A stretch of DNA of 43,277 nucleotides from a virus. Taxonomy: Duplodnaviria; Caudoviricetes. The stretch is from the IMG/VR virus record IMGVR_UViG_3300047561_000165, positions 1-43,277 of that record; one strand, given 5' to 3'. Every line of letters begins with the position of its first letter. Within the stretch, counting starts at the first letter, position 1. The translations under genes and the position numbers were made by a program. Below, piece by piece: positions 36,179 to 43,277 of this stretch. A model generated the notes under the pieces. The model did not search any database. It worked only from the letters and a program-made list of their open reading frames with translations, and had not been told where the DNA came from.

Positions 36179-38479
36179 ATGGCTGACTTATCCGCTCTGC
36201 TTGCAGAGCTTGGCGGGGATAAACCTCAGAACCGAGCTATTGCTGAAGGTCTTCAGAAGCAAGGCATTAACAGCATTAAAGACATTGGCGTTCGCCAAGT
36301 CATGGAAACGCGGTATCAGCCACCGATTGAAGATGTAAGTCCCGGCGGCACCGAAGAAGTTCCAGTAAATCAGTTTTTTAACAAAACAGACGGCAAAGAA
36401 ATCAATCCAACCCGCCTTGGTATCTACGACGTAAAAGACGGAGATAAGACTCAAGGCAACATCTTCTTTCATTTAAACGCTGACGACAACGGCAAGGTTA
36501 GCTTTCAACCGCAGTGGAGTCCTCGCGCTCATGGGTTCTTGCGTGATAACGCGGTTGGCAAAGCCATCATGTTAATTGGGAAGGTTATCCCTTCACCAGT
36601 ACAACCGTTTATTGTTGCTGCGGATGTGGCGGACAAGTTAGCTCATGGCAAGATTATGCAAGCGGTTGCTTCGGCAATCCCTTACGGCATACAACAATTG
36701 GCTCAATCTGCTGAGTTTTTACAGAATATTGCCGGGAACCCAGACTTTGTAGCCACTGCAAAAACCGCAGCAGGGAAGATTGCAGAAGCTGCCGGCGCTC
36801 CAGCTTACGCTGCTGACATCGCTGGTAAAGTTGCAACCTCTGGCATAACAGCAGGTTTAAACGGTGGTGATGTTGGCGCAGCAATGATTAAAGCTGGTGC
36901 CGGAACTTTGTTGGGGCAAAGCAGAGATTTCCTAAAATCTGCTGGCGATTTTTCCCAAATGGGGATTGGAAGCTTGCTGCCAGAAGGAATTAATGACATT
37001 GACCCCGATGCTTTAAAGCAGTTAGACACCACCTTGCAAGACACAAGAGGGTTGGAAAACGGGTTAGGGGATGACCTTGCCGTTGATATGCGGGCAGATG
37101 AAAACGGATTGGGGGATGACCTTGCAGTCAATGCCCGCGCAGATGAAAATGGTTTAGGAGATGACCTTGCTGTTGATACACGCGCCGACGAAAATGGAAT
37201 TGGAAGTTTAAACCCCCAAAACGACGAACTTGCTAACAATCCATTTAAAGCAGTTGATGATAGTGGTATTGCCGGGCTAGATTCTGAATACAAACTAGAT
37301 GGCGCGGGACCTGACTATATAACTCCCGCAGGGGAAGGCATGGTTGATGATGCCGGTTATATAGATGACACATCCACACCTCTTGATAAAGTCACGGTTA
37401 GACCCGGATGGACTTCTTGGGAAGGTGACGACAATGAGTCTGATGTTGATACTCGCGCTGATGAAAACGGGTTAGGCGATGACCTTGTTGTAGACACAAG
37501 AGCAGATGAAAACGGGTTAGGCGATGACCTTGTTGTTGATACTCGCGCTGATGAAAACGGCGTGGGTGATGTAACCCCTAAAGATGATGAAGTCATTAAA
37601 GAACTTCCTAAAGTTCCTCCGGTGTTTCCTCCAAAACTGCCAACACTTCCACCTTCTCCGCCTCCTAAACCGGCCATTGACCCGCTTGTAGACATCATCA
37701 CTACACTGCTCCCTGTTACAAAATCAGACCCTCCAAAAGAACCGCCTAAAGACCCTACAAAAGAACCTGTTACAACTGACCCCTTAAAAGGCAATTACAC
37801 GTTTAGTTGGAACAAACAACCAACCAAACCAGCCGAGAAAGGCGTTGCATATGGTCAAGCGTATTATGGAAATCATTGGAATCAACCTGTAGAACAACCA
37901 AAGAAAGATGTGGAAAGTGTAGAACCTCTTATTCAACATGTTCAATATGGTGCCGAAGGCGGTCTAATGTCTTTGAATGAAAATTCAAATTTCCATCCAA
38001 CTGTTAATGATGGTGGCATTCAAGCCAACGACCTAACTAAAGACCAAGTGATGCAGCATCTGCGGCGTGGTGGTCATGTGCTTGACCATAAGCTTCATAA
38101 AGAAGTTAGTTATCTTGCAAGCAAAGGCGAACCAGTTCATCATATCGTTGGTTTTATGAACCATCGTAAGCGCATGGCAGAAGGTGGAATTACTTCGCAT
38201 TCGCTAGGCTCTTACTCAGATGGCGGGCATCTCCTCAAAGGTCCCGGTGATGGTATGTCTGATGACATCCCTGCCACTATCGCAGACAAGCAACCTGCTC
38301 GTCTTGCGAACGAAGAGTTTGTAATCCCCGCTGACGTTGTATCCCATCTAGGGAACGGCTCATCTGAATCCGGCGCAAAGGTTCTGTACGAAATGATGGC
38401 TAGGGTTAGAAAAGCTAGGACCGGAAATCCAAAACAGGGCAAGCAGATTGACCCGCACAAGCTAATGCCAAAGGTTTAA
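36179..38479 (+). CDS. putative internal virion protein with acidic repeats and C-terminal GPG..SD.IPA..EFV domain
   Basis: 15-aa repeats, Pro-rich linker, four x-x-GG motifs, GPGDGMSDDIPA...ARLANEEFVIPADVV. Confidence 0.65.
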   Translation: MADLSALLAELGGDKPQNRAIAEGLQKQGINSIKDIGVRQVMETRYQPPIEDVSPGGTEEVPVNQFFNKTDGKEINPTRLGIYDVKDGDKTQGNIFFHLNADDNGKVSFQPQWSPRAHGFLRDNAVGKAIMLIGKVIPSPVQPFIVAADVADKLAHGKIMQAVASAIPYGIQQLAQSAEFLQNIAGNPDFVATAKTAAGKIAEAAGAPAYAADIAGKVATSGITAGLNGGDVGAAMIKAGAGTLLGQSRDFLKSAGDFSQMGIGSLLPEGINDIDPDALKQLDTTLQDTRGLENGLGDDLAVDMRADENGLGDDLAVNARADENGLGDDLAVDTRADENGIGSLNPQNDELANNPFKAVDDSGIAGLDSEYKLDGAGPDYITPAGEGMVDDAGYIDDTSTPLDKVTVRPGWTSWEGDDNESDVDTRADENGLGDDLVVDTRADENGLGDDLVVDTRADENGVGDVTPKDDEVIKELPKVPPVFPPKLPTLPPSPPPKPAIDPLVDIITTLLPVTKSDPPKEPPKDPTKEPVTTDPLKGNYTFSWNKQPTKPAEKGVAYGQAYYGNHWNQPVEQPKKDVESVEPLIQHVQYGAEGGLMSLNENSNFHPTVNDGGIQANDLTKDQVMQHLRRGGHVLDHKLHKEVSYLASKGEPVHHIVGFMNHRKRMAEGGITSHSLGSYSDGGHLLKGPGDGMSDDIPATIADKQPARLANEEFVIPADVVSHLGNGSSESGAKVLYEMMARVRKARTGNPKQGKQIDPHKLMPKV
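37047..37570 (+). repeat. two arrays of 45-bp coding tandem repeats (RADENGLGDDL[AV]VDT)
   Basis: About 4 units at ~37047-37203 and about 3 units at ~37441-37570. Confidence 0.85.
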
Positions 38480-38481
38480 AC

Positions 38482-40035
38482 ATGCCTAACATTCTTCAGC
38501 CATCGTTATCAAACACCCCTAGCGGTGTAGTACAAAGCGAAATCTCCGCAATAACTCCGTATGCAACGGACCTGTTGCAGCGCGGGCAAGCTTTTACCTC
38601 CGCAGAAACTCCGGTATATACAGGGCAACTAACCACTGGTCCTTCTCAGTACCAGAACCAAGCATGGCAGGGATTAGCCAATCTAACGGTTCCAACCAAC
38701 ATTACCGAAGCCGGCAATGCATTAGGGGATATTGCAAATCAACAACTAAACCTTTCTTACGACCCAACCAAGTTTACTAATACATACAATCCTGCTGGAG
38801 GCAACTACAAACCTATTGATGTAAAAAGTGAGTACGTTGGTGCTTCAGGTTCATATAAACCTATTGATGTAACTACCGGCACTTTTGGGAATGCAGAAGC
38901 CCAGAAGTACATGAACCCGTATATCCAACAGGCGTTAGACCCGCAGTTGGAATACATGCGTAGACAGACTCAGATTAACCAACAAGGCGATATGGCTAAG
39001 TTGGCACAAGCTGGAGCTTTTGGTGGTTCGCGTCAAGCCATTCTTCAAGGACAGAACCAAGAAGCGTTGATGCGCCAACAAGCAGCAACAACGGGAGCAG
39101 GATATCAACAGGCTTTTTCTCAGGCGCAGCAGCAGTTTAACGCCGACCAAGCCCGCCAACTGCAAGCAACTCAGGCAAACATCCAACAGGCACAGAAAGC
39201 ATCTGACCTAAAGATGACTGATGCTCAAATGGTTGCTCAATATGGATTAGATGCAACTAGAGCTAATATCCAACAAGCGCAGAAAGCTGCGGACTTGGGT
39301 ATGACCGATGCGGAGTTGACCGCTAGGTATGGCATGGATGCTCAAAAAGCCACTGAACTTAGCAAACAGTTTGGAGCAACATACAAAGCAAACGCATTGC
39401 AAAGCGCAGCGCAGTCCCAACAAGCACGCGCTGCTGCTGGAGCTAGTGAAGCCAGTTATGGTTTGCAAAACCTACAAGCATTGTCTGCTGCTGGTGCCAC
39501 TCAACAAGCTCAAGAACAAGCCGCTTTGGATGCTCAATACAAAGACTGGCAGCGTCAAACTGAGTACCCTGCTCAACAGCTTAAACAACAGCAAGGCATT
39601 ATTAGTTCAATGGCTCCGCTATTGCCTGAACGTAGAACAACATATGGTCAGAAAGAATCAACTGCACAAACTGCTGCTGGACTTTTTGGTGCTGCGGCGT
39701 CGGCAATGGGTATCAAAACCTTTGATGACCTAGTCAAAAAAGCCGGTGAATACGGTATGACTGTTGATAACTTTAAGAAAATATTTGGTATTGGTGGACC
39801 TGATACCAGCGACCCCGCAAGCACAGGGCAAACCGGCCTTCCAAGTGGGTATACACCAGATGCCGAAGGTCGCTCTCCTCCGCCTCCCGGTTATCATAGG
39901 GACCCAGATGGAAGTTTACAACCTGATACAGACTATTCCGTTGACTTTCCAGAACTAACAGAAGACAACTATGTTGGGGTTTACGCCGGGGGCGGTTTGA
40001 TTGATTTGCTGCACAAGATGCGGAGCCATAAATGA
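38482..40035 (+). CDS. putative DNA ejection (pilot) protein
   Basis: Gln/Ala-rich, YMNPY and GAFGGSR motifs, internal duplication ANIQQAQKA.DL.MTDA. Confidence 0.6.
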   Translation: MPNILQPSLSNTPSGVVQSEISAITPYATDLLQRGQAFTSAETPVYTGQLTTGPSQYQNQAWQGLANLTVPTNITEAGNALGDIANQQLNLSYDPTKFTNTYNPAGGNYKPIDVKSEYVGASGSYKPIDVTTGTFGNAEAQKYMNPYIQQALDPQLEYMRRQTQINQQGDMAKLAQAGAFGGSRQAILQGQNQEALMRQQAATTGAGYQQAFSQAQQQFNADQARQLQATQANIQQAQKASDLKMTDAQMVAQYGLDATRANIQQAQKAADLGMTDAELTARYGMDAQKATELSKQFGATYKANALQSAAQSQQARAAAGASEASYGLQNLQALSAAGATQQAQEQAALDAQYKDWQRQTEYPAQQLKQQQGIISSMAPLLPERRTTYGQKESTAQTAAGLFGAAASAMGIKTFDDLVKKAGEYGMTVDNFKKIFGIGGPDTSDPASTGQTGLPSGYTPDAEGRSPPPPGYHRDPDGSLQPDTDYSVDFPELTEDNYVGVYAGGGLIDLLHKMRSHK

Positions 40036-41423
40036 ACTTGATTCAAATCACTGAGCAGTTAAAGAATCCTGCTATCACTGTCCCGCAGTTGATGCAATAC
40101 GCAAACAACTCCAATCCTCAAGTGCCTTCATATGTTGCCCTTGCAGAAATGCAAAGACGGCAATCTATGCAAGCACCTCCGCAAGCTCCACAGCAGACAG
40201 TTAAAGACCAGCTTGGTGCCCAGTTGATGGGGCTACCTGCTGCTGCACCGCAACAACCTCAGCAACAACCTCCGCAACAATCGCCGCAACCTTTGCAGGG
40301 AATGCCGCAACAATCCCCGCAACAACCGCCACAGGGAATGCAACAGCCGGTTCCAATGCCTCAACCAAAACAGGCATTGCCAACTCAACCGGGGATGGCT
40401 GGCGGGGGTCTTACATCTATCCCTTTAAACATGCATCATGATTTTGCTGCCGGCGGCATCATTGCGTTTGCACAAGGCGGAGATGCTGCGGGCGAATACC
40501 CTGAACAAACCACGTTAGAACAAGAAAGAGCAGAGAGGTTAAAGAACCAAGAAGTTTACGGGTTTGGTGGTGACCCTTATGCGGAAGCCAAACGCCGTTA
40601 CTCAGACCTTGAAAAGAGGCAACTAGAACGAGAAAAGAATGCGGGCGCAGATAGGTTCTGGGCTGGTCTTTCCACGTTCGCTGGTGCTGGACCTAGAGGC
40701 TTTGGTCAATCAATGGGCATGGCATTGAAGACCGCGCAAGACCTAGAAGAAAAACAGAAGTCAGAAGGTGATACACAACGAGCCAAAATGGCAGAACTAT
40801 CCACTCTTTGGGGCAAAGAACAAGACGCCCTTAACCGCGCTAACTATGCTGCTGATAGAGGCAACATGGAAGAAAAGCGTAAAGCTTTGCGTGAAGCAGC
40901 CGCATACAACTTGAAAAAGCGCGAAGTTGCAGCACAAGAAACAAGCGCAGGTGCTTCTGTCACCAGTGCTGGCGCTTCTGCTCAAAACGCTAAAACACTA
41001 GAAGAACAAAGGAAGTTTGAACAAGCAAATTACCCTGAGAAGTTTAAACTTGAACAGCGTAAAACCGAGGCTGACATTGCTAGGGCAGGAAGACCTGATG
41101 AGTTTCAACAGCGTTTAAAGCTGTATCAAACAAACCCCACTGCGTATAACGCAATGTTTGGTGATAAAGCAATTGCAAAAGGTGCATTAACCCAAGACCA
41201 ATTAATAGATTCTTGGGAGAAAATGCCAATTCAAGAAAGAATGCAACGAGTAAAAGCTGCTGACGGTGATGTAATAAAAGCACGAAACGATTACATTAGG
41301 AGTAATGCTGGGTTGTCTGCATTGCCAACGGGGGTTACTGTAACAGCCCCTAATGGACAAACCTATAGCTTCCCTAACGCACAAGCCGCTCAAGAGTTTA
41401 AGAAAAAAGCCGGGATTCAATAA
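40032..41423 (+). CDS. putative internal virion/ejection protein
   Basis: PQ-rich segment, MAGGG/FAAGG/FAQGG motifs, then coiled coil. Confidence 0.6.
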   Translation: MNLIQITEQLKNPAITVPQLMQYANNSNPQVPSYVALAEMQRRQSMQAPPQAPQQTVKDQLGAQLMGLPAAAPQQPQQQPPQQSPQPLQGMPQQSPQQPPQGMQQPVPMPQPKQALPTQPGMAGGGLTSIPLNMHHDFAAGGIIAFAQGGDAAGEYPEQTTLEQERAERLKNQEVYGFGGDPYAEAKRRYSDLEKRQLEREKNAGADRFWAGLSTFAGAGPRGFGQSMGMALKTAQDLEEKQKSEGDTQRAKMAELSTLWGKEQDALNRANYAADRGNMEEKRKALREAAAYNLKKREVAAQETSAGASVTSAGASAQNAKTLEEQRKFEQANYPEKFKLEQRKTEADIARAGRPDEFQQRLKLYQTNPTAYNAMFGDKAIAKGALTQDQLIDSWEKMPIQERMQRVKAADGDVIKARNDYIRSNAGLSALPTGVTVTAPNGQTYSFPNAQAAQEFKKKAGIQ

Positions 41424-43277
41424 ATGGATTATGATGCCCTTGCCAAGCAGTATGGTGGTTCCGCCGCGTCTAATAATTTAGATGAACTTGCAAAGCAATA
41501 TGGCGGGTCAGCATTAGATAAAGGAATCAAAGCTCTTGCCCCTAAAGAAAGAACTTGGGGTGAAGCTGCAACCGATATCGCGGCAAGTGTTGGCAAGGGT
41601 ATTGGTCAAACCCTACAGGTTCCGGGTCAGCTATACGGTCTTGTTACCGGGGACATGGAAACCCCGCAAGGACCTCCTCAAAACGCAGAAGAAGCTAAAA
41701 AAGCTTTGGTGAGGGGTGCGGGTAACGCTGTTATGCCGGGGATGACTGGGGTACAAGGTCTTGGCAAACGACTTGAGGAATACTCCGAATCTAAAAAGTC
41801 TGACGTTCTAAAAGCTAAAGAAGAAGAACGAAACCGGCTTATTCAAGAAGCAGAAAGCAAAGGTCTTTGGGAACAAGCCAAAGCTGCCGGCGCTGCAACT
41901 ATCACTGACCCTGCCCTTCTAGCTAGTTTCTTGGCTGAAATGGCACCTAACATGATTCCTGTTGGGGGCGCAGCAAGGCTTGGAAGGGGCGTGGTGCTCG
42001 GTTCGCAACTTGCCAAAGGGGTAGGAAGGGAAGCCGCTGAAGTTGCCGCGCAGAAGGCCGGAACCCGCGCAGCACTTGGCACTGGCGCTGTTATGCAAGG
42101 CGCAGATGTAGGTACAGATACTTATGAAGAAGCATACAAAGAACTTGTTGCTAAGGGTATACCCGAAGACCAAGCCAAGCAAAGAGCTTTAAACCTTGCG
42201 CGAGCATCTGGTCTTAGTGCTGCTGCGGTTTCGTTGTTAGCTCAGAAACTTCCCGGCGCACGGCGATTGGAAGAATCGTTTGCAGGTAAGGCGGGTGTTG
42301 CAGGTAGGGCTGTTAACGCGGTTAAGACAGGGCTTGGCGAAGCCTATCCCGAAGGTATTGAAGAAGGTGGCGGCGCATTTGGTAAAAACCTTGCGATGCG
42401 CGACATCAATCCTGAGTACGACCTAACCAAAGGGGTTGGTACAGCAGCGGCGCTGGGCGCTCTTGGTGGTGTTGGATTTGGTGGTGTTACAGGTGCTTTG
42501 CAAAGACAGGAAGCCAAACCAACAGAAGAGGTTTCGCCAATACCAGAACCAACCAAACCTAGTGCGGTTGAGCCGTTAAGGATTGGATACAACCCAACGG
42601 TTGAAGATGTGGTTGAGAAAGACCCACTTCAAAACCCCGTGGGCAATTTAATGCCCAACGAGCTAACTCCTGAGATAGTTAAGTTTGTTAACGACCGCAG
42701 GAAAGAAGAAGGCAAACCCAAACTCAAGGCATTTTCTATTGAAGACCTTGTGGAAGCTGGCGCTCCCCCTCAAGAGGTTGACCGTCTGCTTGCCTATAAG
42801 AACCAGTTTGATGGTTCTGTAAACCTTGCTCCAGAAGATGTAACAAACATTGCCCAACAAAAGAATGTAGACACTGAAACTAAAGGGTTTACAGACTTCC
42901 TTCGTAGGTCTACAGGTCAAGAAGATTTGACCCAGATGTCTCAACCGCAGTTGCATTCTGCGTTTGTTGCTTTAAACGCTTTAGATGCAGCGCCGGAGCT
43001 TCGTGTTCTACCTGAAGGAACCAACGCTGTACGTTTCACTGATAAGCAATACGACAAAGGATTGCGGGGTTTAGGAATTGCACTAGGGGAAACCCCAGCC
43101 ATAGGAAGGGCTAGTGTCATTCAAGAAATCAAAGACTTCACGGGTCTTGAGAATGACCACGATGCAAACGTTTTGCTTCGCACCGCTATCAGAAACGGTG
43201 ACCTTGAATCAAAACGCATCCCTCAGTATGAAGTAGGAAAAGAAACAGAGGATGGTTTCAAAATTCACTCCGTTAGC
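41424..43277 (+). CDS. large internal virion/ejection protein (N-terminal part, runs off the window)
   Basis: Not in the track because there is no stop in the window. MDYDALAKQYGGSAASNNLDELAKQYGGS...; Ala/Gly-rich helices typical of the largest podophage core protein. Confidence 0.7.
   Translation, partial: MDYDALAKQYGGSAASNNLDELAKQYGGSALDKGIKALAPKERTWGEAATDIAASVGKGIGQTLQVPGQLYGLVTGDMETPQGPPQNAEEAKKALVRGAGNAVMPGMTGVQGLGKRLEEYSESKKSDVLKAKEEERNRLIQEAESKGLWEQAKAAGAATITDPALLASFLAEMAPNMIPVGGAARLGRGVVLGSQLAKGVGREAAEVAAQKAGTRAALGTGAVMQGADVGTDTYEEAYKELVAKGIPEDQAKQRALNLARASGLSAAAVSLLAQKLPGARRLEESFAGKAGVAGRAVNAVKTGLGEAYPEGIEEGGGAFGKNLAMRDINPEYDLTKGVGTAAALGALGGVGFGGVTGALQRQEAKPTEEVSPIPEPTKPSAVEPLRIGYNPTVEDVVEKDPLQNPVGNLMPNELTPEIVKFVNDRRKEEGKPKLKAFSIEDLVEAGAPPQEVDRLLAYKNQFDGSVNLAPEDVTNIAQQKNVDTETKGFTDFLRRSTGQEDLTQMSQPQLHSAFVALNALDAAPELRVLPEGTNAVRFTDKQYDKGLRGLGIALGETPAIGRASVIQEIKDFTGLENDHDANVLLRTAIRNGDLESKRIPQYEVGKETEDGFKIHSVS

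Noticed and set aside
1-43277. Stop-codon reassignment, tRNA genes, introns/inteins, integrase
   Set aside because: Genes tile densely under the standard code with all three stops used; TerL, portal and MCP are uninterrupted; no cloverleaf or recombinase motif was recognised by eye.

Overview
A 43.3-kb piece of a tailed dsDNA phage genome, most likely podovirus-like (P22-type portal, no tape-measure or sheath gene, large internal virion proteins at the right end). A CTGT-N8-ACAG SOS box points to a beta- or gammaproteobacterial host. Bases 1-1266 hold small leftward early-type genes, including a truncated SprT-like HExxH peptidase, behind a sigma70 promoter and a ~230-nt structured leader. 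The control region at 1560-3017 contains a Z-DNA-prone tract, a DnaA-box cluster, an SOS box, the small terminase gene, a parS-like palindrome and pac-like repeats. The rightward late region encodes a LexA-type DNA-binding domain, TerL, portal, GroES, scaffold, capsid proteins, fibres and a LamG lectin, tail proteins, three RCC1-repeat propellers interleaved with a sulfotransferase-TPR-glycosyltransferase fusion, DUF2061 and APS kinase, a metallophosphoesterase, GH108 endolysin and holin, and ejection proteins (the last one truncated). The most notable observations are: (1) a hydrophobic-x-x-G-G motif in about 20 copies across 7 putative internal proteins, with a candidate processing domain; (2) a sulfation/glycosylation cassette built around the RCC1 propellers; (3) oriC/parS/SOS-like host sites near the packaging genes; (4) 16 GTTTAAAC palindromes together with GATC avoidance; (5) two candidate structured RNAs. 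All product calls come from motif recognition by eye; no database searches were run.
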